From contig JBHGNT010000012.1 of assembly GCA_043228905.1 (NCBI GenBank), forward strand, positions 19,592,001 to 19,656,000: DNA of 64,000 bases, read 5' to 3'. Shown one piece after another: positions 1 to 13,855 of the stretch; the first letter of the stretch is position 1; each line of letters opens with the position of its first letter. The translations under genes and the position numbers were made by a program. The notes below the pieces were generated by a model. The model was given only the letters and a program-made list of their open reading frames with translations. It did not search any database and was not told where the DNA came from. Source of the stretch: Azolla caroliniana. Lineage: Eukaryota; Plantae; Polypodiophyta.

Positions 1-1995
1 ACACACTGTAATCGTTTCCTTATGATGCATTGGCTTGCATAAGATTTGTGTCAATCTGAGAGAATTTGGATTTCCTGTTTTTTCTAGTTTTAGTCTCGAC
101 CTTTTAAATTTCAAAATAATCTTATGGTGTCATTATAGTAATTCATGGAAATGTTTCTATTACGTGTCAGTACGAAGAAAAAATGGTTGTTAGTATTTGC
201 CAATGTTGAGTATTAACTACATTCTCACATCTATCATCTGATGGGTGTAGAATGAGAGTTTCCCCACACAGTGTATTTGTTTTCTTATGTATTTGGGGGT
301 CTAACTGGAATGCCCACTTAGTCTCATTTCCTTGGACTTTGAATTTGTTTAATAAGAGACTGTTTTGAGACAGGGTTGTCCTATGTGCAAAGTTTGAAAT
401 AAATGTGTCATTAGAACACTAAATAAATCCATCCATCTGTCAACCAAGCTACATTTGGAAGTAAGGGCAGTTCTTAATGGATCACATAAGGATTCCATGG
501 GGGGACTAAATCTGCTGATAGGCGAATTATGGCTTGCTATGAGATTCTGATGGTATGAAAGTCGCTATGAGATTCTAACTGCTTTCTGTCATGCTTGATT
601 ACCTGCCAACCTTGCCCAAGTACTCAATAAATTAAGGTTAGAGCTTGACTAAAGTTGATACTTGGGAATAATTGTGTGTTACCAATTTGTATGTTGAAAG
701 TTCTTTTTATATCGGATATTTCTTATGTTCTAATTTGTTTTTAACAAAGGATAAAGAGTAATTTGTATGTTATTTGGATTCTCATCAAGTAATGGATTAT
801 TATCTTGTTTGCATTCACCCTGTTGAAGGGGAATAAATGCTCATTTTTCTCTGAATAGGATGCATGCCAGGTATCTTTTTACAATTACTTTGGGGTATAA
901 CATCTTTTGCCTTTGCCCATGAAGAAAATTAATGAGAAGCACTCAAACATGCAAAAGAGAAGAGAAACAAAGAGTGTTTTTAACAGAGTTTGTGATACAC
1001 TAATCAGTTTGCACAATGCAATTTGTCTAGTTGTATGGACGTGTAAGATTGATATTCCATGAATCTTTTTCAAATTTCTGGAAATTTCCAAATATAGAAT
1101 GAAGAATTATCTTGCGTTTGTGTACATGAAATAAATGAGACGATTGGTATCCACAAAAGAACCAATTACCAAATATTAATAAGTTGTATTAACAACAAAT
1201 AATAAGAAGTTAATGTTGTGAAAATGTGCAAGTTCATAAATTACCTTGTAACTAGTTATGGTCCCAGTTTTTGCTCAAATCTAGTTGAACCATTAAGCCA
1301 TGGTTTAATGGTTTGTTGGTTCCCATATATTTCAACGGTGTGGTTTGCTTCTATAACTTGGATTTATTGGTTTATATGTCTAAATGTTTCGGGCCAATGG
1401 TTTGTTGGTTTTTTATTAACTTTTAACTTTTATTTATTTTCTGAATTGTTTATTTATTTAATGGTTTAATCAATGTTTTTTTTATTGATTTAATAATTTA
1501 ACTATGCTTAATTAATGTCATGGTTTATTGTTTAATGTTTTCTTATTTATTGAAATTAATTAAGTTAACTTAAATGTTTATTTTAATTTAATGTACTTTT
1601 GTTTATTTAATTTTTTAATTGATTCGACTTAAATGGTTAGGTTTAAAATTTTGATTAGATGATTTGGTTTGCCACAACTTTCTCTTTACGATCTGGTTTA
1701 TCTTTTCCTTAGAATGTTTGATTTAAGTGGCTCGAGAGTTCCTAAACAGTTTGGTTTGGTAATTTGTTTTCTATACCTTGAAATTGTGCTCCATATCTGC
1801 TTGTAACTATCTATACTCTATAGTTCTGTAACATGTTTGGCTTGATCAAATCGCAAATAAGGGCAATAAAGTAATTAGTTATGTTGTTAGAAATAAGGTA
1901 GGTGGATGTTTTAATTAGTTTAGGTAAATGTATATATGGTCAAATGTTTTAGTATTTCTTCTTGATCTTCTAGACTTCTTGCTCCTTGAAGACAA

Positions 1996-1997
<2 letters not shown>

Positions 1998-2040
<43 letters not shown>
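1998..2040. repeat. (CT)n microsatellite
   Basis: Uninterrupted CT run. Confidence 0.95.
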
Positions 2041-2043
<3 letters not shown>

Positions 2044-2399
2044 ATGTGAGTTGTCGTAATCCTAATTAATTGAAGCATTGGCTAGGGAAACGTCGTCGTT
2101 ATAGACACAACTTTAGGTATTAATGAAGGCTAATCTGTCATAAGTAAATAAATGAGGAGCGATAGTTATGCTAGGAAGACAACCTAAGCAAGGGCCCAAA
2201 GATGGGTCCCACATGAGAAATCTACCAAGCAAACACAAATTCAAAGCTCTTGCCAACAAGAATATGACAATGTACTATTATAGTATGAGCCGTGTAACCA
2301 AATGACTCTTGGTTATATCCCCCGTTACTATGCTCCTACCATTCTTCTTCATGCCTTGAAGGTTTTTCATTCAAGGCAACTATTTGTTTTGAATCTACC

Positions 2400-4505
2400 T
2401 CGATAAATTCACTAGCTTTACCAAATTTTGGATGAGCAACTTGTTTAAATGACACCACCTTTACTTGAGAACATTTAATCTTGATTGTTCGAATATTGAA
2501 AATATTTCGGTCGAAACCATCAATGGGCAAATGTTTTCATTGATGTAGTTACGGAAGCGACTACCCCTTTAGTCTTTCAAATAAGGCCCACCAAGAGGAA
2601 CTTATCGTTTACCTCATTGCCTCACCCCGACATCCGATCGTACTCGCACTTTCATGGTTTGACATTCACAATGTGGTGGTGGATTGGTCTAGACCTCCAT
2701 CACCTTTAGCCCAAAGACACATCCACAAAGTCTCTTTCACTTCGACTCCAAGTAAAGAAAGCCTCAACTCAATCACTATGACCCTTCCTCTAGCATGGAC
2801 AAATGGTGTCTCAGTTATGGATTCTCCTATTTTAGCGAAGTCTCCTAACATGTTCCTTGCTCCAATGAGGACCGATTCCAACTCAATTCCTCACTACCTA
2901 ATTTCAATGAGAACTAATTGTGACTCGGCCACTAACTCTTTCGTCTCAAGGGAGGGGACTTATTCCAACTTGGCTGCCCAATCTTGACTCCCTACCTATG
3001 AACTATGAGATCTTTCCTAATGTGCTTGAGAAGAAAAATGTGGATCTTTTGCTTGAACATAGACCTAATGATTGTTCAATCAACCTGCAAGAACGCACAT
3101 GTCCACACTTCGGTTCCATTTATGGGCTACTTGAACTAGAGTTAGAGGCTTTGAGAACTTTTATTGAAGATAATCTTAAGAAGGGTTTCATTCAATCGTC
3201 TAAGTCACTAGTAGGCGCCGCAATTTTATTCGTAAAAAGGAATGATACATAATAGCTACATGTTACCTTTGATTATGTTATAATCAGTATACATCAAACT
3301 CGGTGAGGAATTGAAAACAACATTTAGAACGTGATATGGCCATTTTGAATACAACGTAATGTCCTTTGGCCTCACAAATGGTATGGCAGGTGCTTCGAGA
3401 GCACAAACTATATACCAAAAGAGAGAAATGTGAGTTTAATTGTATTTTCGTGATGGATACAAGGAAGGTCAAGAGTTCTAAAGAGAGGGCCACTCTAACT
3501 CAACTAAAACATGTATAGTCATTCCTCAGGTTTGTGAATTTCTATTGATAAGTTATCAAGGGGTTCTCGACAATTGCGTAATCCATAATAGCGGTGATGG
3601 ACAAAGATGCTCCTTTTCGTTGGACTACAAGTGCCCACAATGCCTTCAAGTTACTAAAGCAAACATTCATCACTACCCCCGTACTCTTGCATCCTAACCC
3701 AACCAAGCCCCTCCAAGTCGAAATTGATGCCATCCTATCCCAACCCTATTATACAGACATTTTTCATCCAATGGCCAACTGCTCTAGAAAGTTCATTGCT
3801 CCAAAAAACAACTAACCAGTATACAACAATGAGCTTGATGATATTTTCGCAGGTTTCAAAGAATGACGACCTTATTTGTTTGGGGCACAACACCATGTTC
3901 AAGTGATTACCAATCACTAAATTTTGCTCTACTTCTCAACCACTCGAATGTTAAATTAATGTCAAGCTCATTGGTCAACTTTTTTAGCTGACTATGCCTT
4001 GGAAATATTATTTCGGCTTGGGATCCAACACATGAAGGTTGTTGACATACTTTCTCAACAATTAGAAATTGAGCTTGAGTCGAAGGATGACACATGTGAC
4101 CAATAATCCCAATGTTTGTTGAAGCTAGATCAATTCCATATCTTTGCGGCATACATGTTACACGAGGACTCTTTGCCCAAAGAGATAGCCGAAGCATTGA
4201 AGATAGGCAAATTTACAAATGAAATTAAGGTAAGGATTAATAACCCATTCAAAGAGATGATGAATAGGGTGGAACTCAACTAGTTCAAAGTCAAGAACGG
4301 ATTCATATATTGAGAGAATCTTTTATATGTTCCTAAAGGAGTGTTTCGAACTCGAGTATTTGCAAATGTGCCATAATGACCCACCCGTTGGCCATTTTTG
4401 AGTCATGAAGACCCTAGAATTAGTCTCTCGAGGATATTGGTGGCCTCCTTTCTAATATTCGCCAACATGTAACCAATGAAAATTTTCAAGGACAGGAGGG
4501 GATGA
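2400..4505 (+). mobile_element. Degenerate Ty3/gypsy (chromovirus/Tf2-like) pol remnant
   Basis: Broken frames read as protease (VETING..VVTEATT..LIASPRHPIVL..WFDIHNVVVDW), RT start (LLEHRPNDCSINL..ELEALRTFIEDNLKKGFIQSSKS..AAILFVKR), connection/RNase H (FRWTTSAHNAFKLLKQTFITTPVLLHPNPTKP) and an integrase Zn-finger remnant near 4330-4440. Order PR-RT-RH-IN is gypsy. PPT-like AGGAGGGGG near 4494. Boundaries approximate. Confidence 0.85.
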
Positions 4506-4909
4506 TATGAGCGTGGACACACATGCACCACTCGGTCTCTCCCGTGCTGAAGAAGACACCAAAGAACAACCAAATGCCCTTGGATGTCGGGCTTCAAAAT
4601 CACTCATTGTGTAGAAGCAATTATGAAGATAATGGAACATGAGTCACACAACCTAGAAGCCATGGTTGGGGTACCTTTTACATCGGGAACATGGGCCACA
4701 CCCACATCTAAACACTTTGACCTGCCACTCCTTTTCGAGAGACTTGGATGGAAATGAACTGAGAACTCTTTAAATATCTAAGTTTTATTTTATTTTTATT
4801 TTGAATGATCGGGTACACAACCCATTTTGTTGTAAACCAATTGTCTCATGGGCCAAATTTTGTCTTAGAAGACGTTAATATATTTCTCTTTCTTTCTTCT
4901 CCCCATGTT

Positions 4910-5897
4910 TAAACCTCCTAGTCCCGACATATTGCTTATCAAGGACTAATGGCCATCTTCTCAGTCATGACATATTGCTTATGGAGGACTCGTGGACATT
5001 TTCTCTCTCTCCAAGTCCAAACATATTGCTTATGGAGGACTCGTGGACATTTTCTCTCTCTCTCTCTCTCTCTCCAAGTCCAAACCTCCTGGTCATGGTC
5101 ATGGCAGATGACTTATTAGTGACCAATGGACCTGATCTCTCTCCCTCCACCCCTGCCTAGTGGATGTGATCTTTCTCTTTCTCTCTCTCTCTTCTTGATT
5201 CCAAACCTCTTAGTCATGGCAGATGACTTATCATCGATGACTAGTGGACATGATCTCTCTCCCTCTCCCTCTCCCCTTGATTCCAAACCTGTTAGTTAGG
5301 GTAGGTGACTAGTGGACATGATCGATCTCGATCTATCTCTCTATCTCTCTTTATTAGTGTAATTAGCTTACCCTAGTGGTAAGTTGTTAACACTACAAGC
5401 ATTACATCTTGGGTTCGAAACCTAATTTTCTCACGTTTCTCTATTATAAACTTCATATATACCTCTTAATTCACTAGATGCCACTGTGGAACGTAGGGGT
5501 TGAACCCATAACCACCTGGTCTCCATTGGGCAACCTTACCAACAGAGCTACATTTATCTGGTCTCTCTGTTATAAACTTCATATATATCTCTTAATTCAC
5601 TAGATGCCATTGTGGAATGTAAGGGGTTGAACCCATGACCACATGGTCTCCATTGGGCAACCTTACCAACAGAGCTACATCCATCACGTCTCCCTATTAG
5701 AAACTTCATATATATCTCTTAATTCACTAGATGGCACTGTGGAATGTAGAGGTTGAACCCATGACCACCTGGTCTCCATTGGGCAACCTTACCAATTGAG
5801 CTACATCCATCTGAGTTCTCTCTCTCTCTCTCTCTCTCTCTTCTTGAGTCCAAACCTCTTAGTCATAGTAGATGACTTATCGATGACTAGTGGACAT

Positions 5898-5947
<50 letters not shown>

Positions 5948-6173
5948 TGAGTCCAAACCTCTTAGTCATGGAAAATGACTTATCGATGACTAGTGGACAT
6001 GATCTCTCTCTCTCTCTCTCTCTTCTTGAGTCCAAACCTCTTAGTCATGGAAAATGACTTATCGATGACTAGTGGACATGATCTCTCTCTCTCTCTCTCT
6101 CTCTCCTTGATTCCAAACCTCTTAGTCATGGCATATGGCTTATCGACGACTAGTGGACATGATCTCTCTCTCT
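4910..6173. repeat. Composite minisatellite: ~55-nt core plus variable (CT)n, about 10 units
   Basis: Core CCAAACCTCTTAGTCATGG..ATGACTTATCGATGACTAGTGGACATGAT followed by (CT)n at ~5080, 5201, 5283, 5850, 5954, 6032, 6113; more diverged units at 4910-5050. Interrupted at ~5355-5815. Confidence 0.9.
5432..5811 (-). repeat. Three tandem 126-127 bp units each with a tRNA-like (A box/B box) segment
   Basis: AAACTTC recurs at 5448, 5574, 5701. Minus strand reads GTAGCTC(TG/AA)TTGGTAAG..N..GGGTTCAACC, spaced like Pol III A and B boxes. No canonical anticodon arm. Confidence 0.75.
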
Positions 6174-6193
6174 AGACTCGGAGTCAAACTTTT

Positions 6194-6286
6194 GTGTGTG
6201 TGTGTTGTGTGTGTGTGTGTTGTGTGTGATGGAGCATGTATGTATACATAGATGAATGGATGAAAGGTTGACTCGTGTGGCTCTTT

Positions 6287-6348
<62 letters not shown>
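6194..6348. repeat. (TG)n and (GA)n microsatellites upstream of the Soloist gene
   Basis: Direct observation. Confidence 0.95.
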
Positions 6349-6352
<4 letters not shown>

Positions 6353-7184
6353 GTTAATTAGGGTGGGAGGAAGTTGCGTGATCAAAGTGAAGTAAAAGTA
6401 CCCAAAAAGCAAGAAAGCAGAAAGCAGAAAGCAAAAAGCAAAACACAGACACACAGACACACACATTGCTTTTTCGATTGATATACACACAGACCCACCC
6501 TCACAATGTAAGCTTCAGGTGGTGGTGGTGGTGGTGGTGGTGGTTTTTGATTGTGAGCAGAGGAAGAAGTCCATCTCTTCTCCTTCCTCTGTTCCTCAAG
6601 AGCTCAGCAGATCAGACGCCATAGCTCACAGGTATGTATGTTCTACCCCTCCTCCTTCATTTGGGTCCCCCTTTTTTTTCTTCCAAAAGAGAAAAAACTC
6701 CCCCCTTTTTGCTTGTTTGACCTTGTCTCTGCAAAATCTCTGCCGTTTTTTTTTTTGTTTTGTTTTGTTGTTGTTGCTTTTGCTGCACCTTATCTATGTG
6801 TCCATCGACTGAAGAGGCGGATTTATATTCGTTGTTGTCTTTTTTTTCTTAGCTCTGTTATTTGCACTGAAGAGGCGGATCTAGACTATCGCCAGCTTAT
6901 TCTGTCCTGATTTCTTGTTGAAAAGCTTTTGTTAGATAAAATTCCTGTCACATCTATGTGTCCTAACCATAGATTCCTCGAGAGTTTTTCTTCGTGTGAT
7001 AATATACTATACCCATGCATATTTGATTTATGCTATATATGTTGAGTTTTGCCTGTTTTAATGGCTTTTTCTACCCTAGTTTTTGCTTTATTTTTAGTTC
7101 TTTTCTTCAACCGTGTCTCCCACACACAAAAATAAGTATCTGTTTTAGTTTGAAAAGAGGCAGGTCGTTCTACTTTTAATGGCT

Positions 7185-7600
7185 CAAACCTTTAGGATAA
7201 ATGTTTTTCTAATGTTTTTATGCTCTGATTGGGTGTTATTTTTGCTCCTTTGCAACCCTTTTTCATCTCAACACCAAAAGAAATATCTGTTGTTTAAGGA
7301 GAGCAAGCATGCTCTATTCGAAAGCTTTAAACATTAGGATATATGTTACAATGGTTTAAGATTTAGGAGAATAAATGGCCAATGGTTGGAACTTTAGTAT
7401 TGTTATTTGTATGGTTTAAACTTTAGGATGTATATATAGGATAAATGTTGTATTACTAAACTTTAGGATATATATATAGGATAAATGTTGTATTACTAAA
7501 CTTTAGGATAAAATGTTCTGTAGTTTAAACTTTGGGATAAAATGTTCTATGGGCTAAAGATTAGGATGATGAATGTTCAATGGTTGAAAAATTCTGTACA
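7185..7600. repeat. Degenerate AAACTTTAGGATAAATGTT-type minisatellite in the probable 5'UTR intron
   Basis: TTTAGGAT-like motif recurs about 8 times; near-perfect 40-bp duplication at ~7418-7497. Confidence 0.7.
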
Positions 7601-8100
7601 GTGGTTTAAAGCTTACTATACATACGAGCTCTATACTTTTTAATAGTTTTGTTCTTTTACAATCCTTTTCTGTCAGAAAAAGACACTATTTGTCTATGAA
7701 AAATACACCGTTTGTGTATCAAAAAGAGGTTAAAAATATAAATTCATGAAACATTTCTTTTCGCATTTCACTCATGAAATTATTTCTGTGGGCTTTATAT
7801 CCATATATCTGTTTCTCTCTCGGATGTTTTAAGCAATTTGTTACATAGATGACAAGAAACATAAAGAGTGGAAATGTTTTAGATATTCCTCATTTCAAAT
7901 GAAATACTGGATTCTTCATATTAAATCCTTGAATGAAGTAATACATATAAGGTATAACCTGACAAAAACAGTTGGAGATGCATTTTTTACAGGAATCTGT
8001 CACTGAAGTTTCCTCTGAGAATTTGAAGAGCTTAATTTAAACCGGAAGTTTTGTTATTAAAAGCTTGCTGTGTAAGAGCTACATAAGTGGCTGGTCAAAA

Positions 8101-10906
8101 ATGGTGAGCATTCGGAAAAGGCGACATCTTGGCATACAAGGTATGTGCTCACTTGTGTGTACATACCATGTGAAGATACACAAGCTAACACACACTCTTA
8201 TATACATGTATGCCATTGTCCCCAAAATGTGTGTCATTTTGGAAATTCCTCAAACTTGATTGGTAGTTTTGGACTTATGGCGTAGTTAAATGACATTTCC
8301 ATAATTTTCCCATATCTGTGTATACATATATATCTATACAGAGAAGATGCGCCTGAATCTGATGCATAATCCAATTGTTTTTTTCTGTTCTTACACCTAT
8401 GAGTATTGTATGAGTGCTGTATTTGCTTATAAGAGCTGCAATCTAAAGGGAAAAATTGAATCTCTGTATTTTGGAAATCAGTTTTTCCCTTTGACAAAAT
8501 TTGTGTTGCTTTTCAGAGCGATACAAAATTCTGAACCAGCTCAATAGACAGAATCATACCTCAGAACATAAAGTGATCCCATTAGAGAATTCATTTCCAA
8601 GAGTGAACGTGCATCCATTCCAAATCAAGATTGATAAAAAAGAGGTTAGTAAAGTTAGCAATTTGGTACTATATGTCGAGAAAGGTAAAAAACTCATGAC
8701 CCCTTTTTATTAATACTTTTTCATAACAAAATTTATGATCAATCATCATAGTTTGTTCATAATCAAATTCTGTGTAATTTCGTCTTCTTCTTCTTCTTCT
8801 TATTTTCACTCTAGGAATTTTGTTCATGTATAAGTTGGAGTGGAATGATCAATGATAATGATTTTTAAAATGTTTTTATCACATTTAATATTAGGCACTT
8901 GGAAAAAGAAGACTCTAGGAATATATAAATTAGAGTGCAATGAAAAACGATGATGATTTTTACAACATGTTTATTTCTTTGGGTGTTAGTTACTTGTAAA
9001 TAAAACCTACATTCCTCATTATTATTCATTTTTAGTGTCATGTTGTTTTAATGCAGAATTCAGAAGTGCAACCTGAAACCTCAGTGTCGATAAATGTTAA
9101 TCTAACCAAGGCTTTGAATAACAATCCTCCAGGTAAGAATTTGCCCTCTTAAAATGTATTTCCTAGCATTTGTTAATTCTGAATTATATCTCTCAATCAT
9201 TTTTACTTTTTATATGTTTGAAACAGGCTTTATTTAGTGTAATACTGGCATTTCGAAGTCTTTAAAATGAATTGATTAATCTTTTTGTTCTCCTTGTTTT
9301 GCATATTCTTTTTCTTTCCCTCTACACAGTTTGGAAGCAAAGATTTGCATTACTTCTTACTTAGTAGGTCATGCGTTTTTTTTTTCCAGTGCTAATGCTT
9401 TACATTGCCATTTTCTTTCTATTATTGTTTTTCTAGCTTCAATACCGAAGATCAGAAAACCTTCCAGAAGAAAACAGACGGATAATCAAGAATCTTGTAT
9501 GTTGCGAGGTGTCTACTTTAAGAACATGAAATGGCAAGCTGCCATCAAAGTAGAGAAGAAGCAAATCCATCTCGGAACTGTTGCTTCCATGGAAGAAGCA
9601 GCTCATCTCTATGACAGGTTGGTTCCTCTCAAAAATAAAACGGAATCAAAATCTTTAAAATATCCCCAAACATGTCTTTCTTTATTCCCCCAAAGGCCCC
9701 TCAGATTTGATTTATTCCCCTAAATGTGCTTATTCTTGTGTAACTCCTGTAGTTGACTATCGTATGAGCAATTGCTGAAAAATTCAGTGCATATGTCAGA
9801 GTTTTATCCCCTCACAAACATACAATTATGCAATACAAATAGTATTTCTTACTGAAGAATATACCTTTTTTATCATAAAAATACTAATCTACATATATAG
9901 TTTGTTTATACTAATGAACATGGTACCTTTTCAATTGATAAAAGGGCTGCATACCTATGTGGAAGAGTACCAAATTTCAAGCTATCAGAGGAGGAGAAAC
10001 AAGAACTAGAGGGTCTCCAATGGGAAGACTTTCTTCAGATGACAAAAGAAGCGATTGCAAACAAAAGTAAGCATGGTTTAAAGGTTTTGGGAATTATGTC
10101 TTTTTTGGACTTTGTTTTAGACTAAAAAATAAAAAATAGCATTATAGCTTGACGGCATTTATCGGAATATATATATATATATATATCACAAGTTTTAAAA
10201 AGGTACCATAAAATTTTACCACTATTATTATTGGTAATTTTTTGAAAACTTAGGGTAAAATTACCTCTACACAAGGGTATTTATCATAGTAGTATCTAAA
10301 ATCTATTAGGGGCAGTGGGGCTATTATGGTGATTTTTGTAACTAGGGTATGCCCCTTAAAATTCCTCCTAATTCCTCCCTATACATCCTCTGTTCTAATT
10401 AGAGAGTGAGAGGAGATGATTTTAGAAAACTTAGAAGTAAATTTTAGTAGTACAGAGCGATATTGTTTTTGAAAACTAACTTGTAAAATATGAAATGCTG
10501 AAATGTGTGCCAAAGATTTGAGACGGTAGAAATCATTTCCGGAACTATGGTTTATATAGGGCTAAGAGTCTAAACCATTCGAGCGAATCCAAAATACCCA
10601 TTGAGTTTGAGTTTGAGTTTGAGTTTTGAGTTTGGATTCTGATTCTATACTATACCATATCCCCTCTCTCCCTTCCTTGCAGAGAAACAGAAACGAGTAG
10701 ACACCTGCATGAAACGGCGGCGGGTGATAGAGGGTGACCAGATGAATGTAGTCGTACCTTTCAATCATCCAACATGTGTTAGTGGACATCAAAATACTGT
10801 TTCCTTTGAACCACAACAATCAGTGCCTCACAACAACCAACAAAAAATAGCACTGCCTCCTCTATACCAGGAACCATCTTCCATCCCTGACACATCTTTC
10901 TTCTAA
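8101..10906 (+). CDS. APD1: AP2/ERF Soloist-clade transcription factor (At4g13040-like), 256 aa
   Basis: join(8101..8140,8517..8644,9057..9132,9437..9617,9945..10066,10683..10906); all GT-AG, phases consistent, 771 nt. N-terminus MVSIRKRRHLG and divergent AP2 domain LRGVYFKNMKWQAAIKVEKKQIHLGTVASMEEAAHLYDRAAYLCGRVPNFKLSEEEKQEL..WEDFL are typical of the Soloist clade. Probable 5'UTR intron 6632..7992. Confidence 0.92.
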
Positions 10907-11424
10907 ACTCTGACTAAAAAATTCTCCACTAAATTCTCTCCTCGTATGTTCCCCTATATTTTTGGTTTTACGTTAACCTTGATTGCCCATCAATTATCTC
11001 GGACTGATATATTGTTTTAGCAATCGTTGGTATTTTTTTGCCTGCCTATTTCAAAATGATTACCCCTGTATCATAATTGTGGGGTATAAATCAAATCTTC
11101 ACCTTTTGAAAATGAGTAATCACAAGTCTATCAGAGCACATTGAGTGTTGTGTAACTATATGATTGATGGTAATACATGTAACCCCCCGTCCCCCACCCC
11201 GCCTTTCTTTTCCCCATCAAAAAAAGTTCACATGGTTCTTGTTTACTGTTGAGAACTTGAGGTTACACATTTTATATAACTTGTTTTTATATTTTTCTCA
11301 TTAGTTACCTTCTCATTCATGCAATGTTTTCATTTCCTGTCCTTACTATGTAAAAGCTTCCATGACGCGGCATTGTCTTAAGTTATGATTTATTTACGCT
11401 CCAATGCTATGTAAACAATAAAGT

Positions 11425-11750
11425 ATAGGAGCGTCTTCCATCATGAGTATAAAACAGGTGTAATGTAGAAAAGAATAAATTGGAGTTTATCGAAAATAGC
11501 TGGTTTGTTATGCATCATGCTATATCTTTTAGAATTGTCCTTATTGCATATGTTCGTTTAAATAGTCTGTAACTCATGTTAAAGCATAGGAGCTTATTCC
11601 ATCATGAGTTTAAAACAAGTACAAATTGGAGTTTATTGAAGATGGCTGGTTTGTTATGCTTAGTCGTATTCTTTTAGAATTTTTCTTATTGTATGCTTGT
11701 CATATTGTTTTTATTTTATTCATATGTTCATTTGAATAGTCTGTTACTCT
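11425..11750. repeat. Diverged ~160-bp direct duplication
   Basis: ATAGGAGC..TTCCATCATGAGT..AAAACA..AAATTGGAGTTTAT..GCTGGTTTGTTATGC..CTTTTAGAATT occurs at ~11425 and ~11586. Confidence 0.8.
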
Positions 11751-13855
11751 CGCAAGTTCTTAGTGTCCTAAAAAGTAGTCTCACTTGTAATCTTGAACTA
11801 GGTGTAAAAGGTAAATATATTTGTCTATCCTTAGAAGATAAAGGACAGAACTACTTAGAATTAAGTTAAAAAGTGATAGATGAGTGAAACAATTCAAATG
11901 CAATTAGTGATTGAAGGTGTTGAAAACTTTATTGTTAAACTTGGATATAGTTAATCAAGAGAGGAACTTTCACAAGATGACTAACTAAAACCTTGTGCTT
12001 TACACCAAGAAATTGGAAGCTATTTTGTAGTAAGAAAGGTATATTAACGTCTTTTAAGGAAAGGACTACATGGAGTATCTAATACCAAGACTAAATGTGA
12101 GATGTACAATAATCCAAGGTGTAAAGGAGGGAGGTTTATAGGGAAATTTGAGAAAAGTCAAGAATGATATAAAAGGTGCCAAGAGATCAAACAAAAGGGA
12201 GAGATGATATGGGGTTTCTTGGTGGTGATCCCTTCAAATGGATGAAGCGTTTTGTGAGGAAGCTTTTTATAAACAAGGTGGTTTTGTAATTTTTATGAAC
12301 AAGGAGTTTGAGCTATTCTATGATTAAACCTTTCAAACTAGGTAGGGCACCGAGGAATGTAACTATAGGTATTGAGTGCTTTTCTCTTGTTTTGATCTTG
12401 GATCCCATAAAGTCTTATACCTTGATGATTAAAGGTAGAACACTTGCTATTGATGTGTCCAACAAATCCTTGATGTAGCACTAATAAAAGATCGAGGGAA
12501 GTGTCTTAGAAGTTAAATAGGCATACACACATTGCCATAAATTTACTTCCCACATGAATAGTCATTGCTTCACTTATAACCAATAAGAGTAATTGAATGA
12601 AATTATTGTGTACAAAAAATTTGATAAGCTACACATGTACAACTAGGTCCAAAAACAGTGGTAATATGGAGGGAAAGTGCAATGTCCTTGGACACTAGGT
12701 ATATTGATGTATAACACAACAGAGAGAAGGTAAACCAGATGCAAGATACAATATACAAACAAGTTGTGGAGGCTTCTCGAATCGATCTGCCAAAGAGTGT
12801 AGGTTCTATATTTTCTGGTATTATGTAGAAGGTGGCTTTTGGGCAATGAAGAGATCATCCTCAAAAGGAGAATCGATCTTCATAGAGGATGTCAAGGAAC
12901 TTATGTCTTCAAAAGATACATGGCATTATCTTCATGTGCACTATTTCTCATGAGCAAAGAGTCACACCAAGTTTTGTCTATAAATTGGATGACAATATGA
13001 AGGTGTCTTTGAAGGCATAGGAGAGGGCATTGTGAAGGTAAAGATACAGGCCACAGAAATTAGGTGCAAAGAATGACTAACCATGAGATGACTAGCACCA
13101 GATGTAAAGAAATAATAAGCAGTTGGTAGTGTAAAGATTAATCATGGTGGCTGCAGGTGAATGTATCGCAGATGATGGACAGGGTTGGTGGGGGGAAAAC
13201 AACACTTAACCTTTTGGTTGGTCCCGCACTATCGGATTTTACTTTGTGAAATTCAAACCTTTAAAAATATTGATTGAATATCTGAATATCTCAAAAGGTA
13301 TTAATTTTGGTTCCATGTCTATTCTTATATTAATCATCAAAACTTTAAAGGAACTTAAGGTTTTAACCATGAAATACTGAATCTGTACTTGAACGCCCCA
13401 CTTGTTGCTGAAATTGATAGCATAAACATTCATAAATGAATCGATAATCTTGGCGCCCAAGACAAACTAGAGCATTAATCAAATAAAATGAAAGCATAAG
13501 GTTCCTTATTTTGCATGCATGCTAAAAGAAAGAACAAAATATTCTCACCTTATAATGACAGAGATGTATTGAATTCCATTATAATAGAATTCTCTCACCT
13601 TACAATGACAGTGATGAGTTGAATTCCCTTTTGTAGGATTCTGTTCCCTTAAGATGATATTGATGAATTGAATAACAAAAATACAAAAATTTATACAGAT
13701 TATCCAAAACAGTGTTAAGCAATTCATTCATGGTTCTCTCTCTCTGTACAACTGTCTCGTGACAACATTTACCCAATATTTTTGTCACCCATGGCATTTT
13801 CGCATTAAGAAAAGACCATATTGTTCAAGATATAACCATATAGAAAACATTTATT

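Noticed and set aside
5432-5811. Functional tRNA genes
   Set aside because: A/B boxes are present but acceptor and anticodon arms do not fold canonically.
11790-13200. Possible decayed relative of the extra-ORF element at 49.6-51.4 kb
   Set aside because: Only weak, mutually inconsistent peptide resemblances; no LTR ends, PPT or TSD found. Needs TBLASTN.
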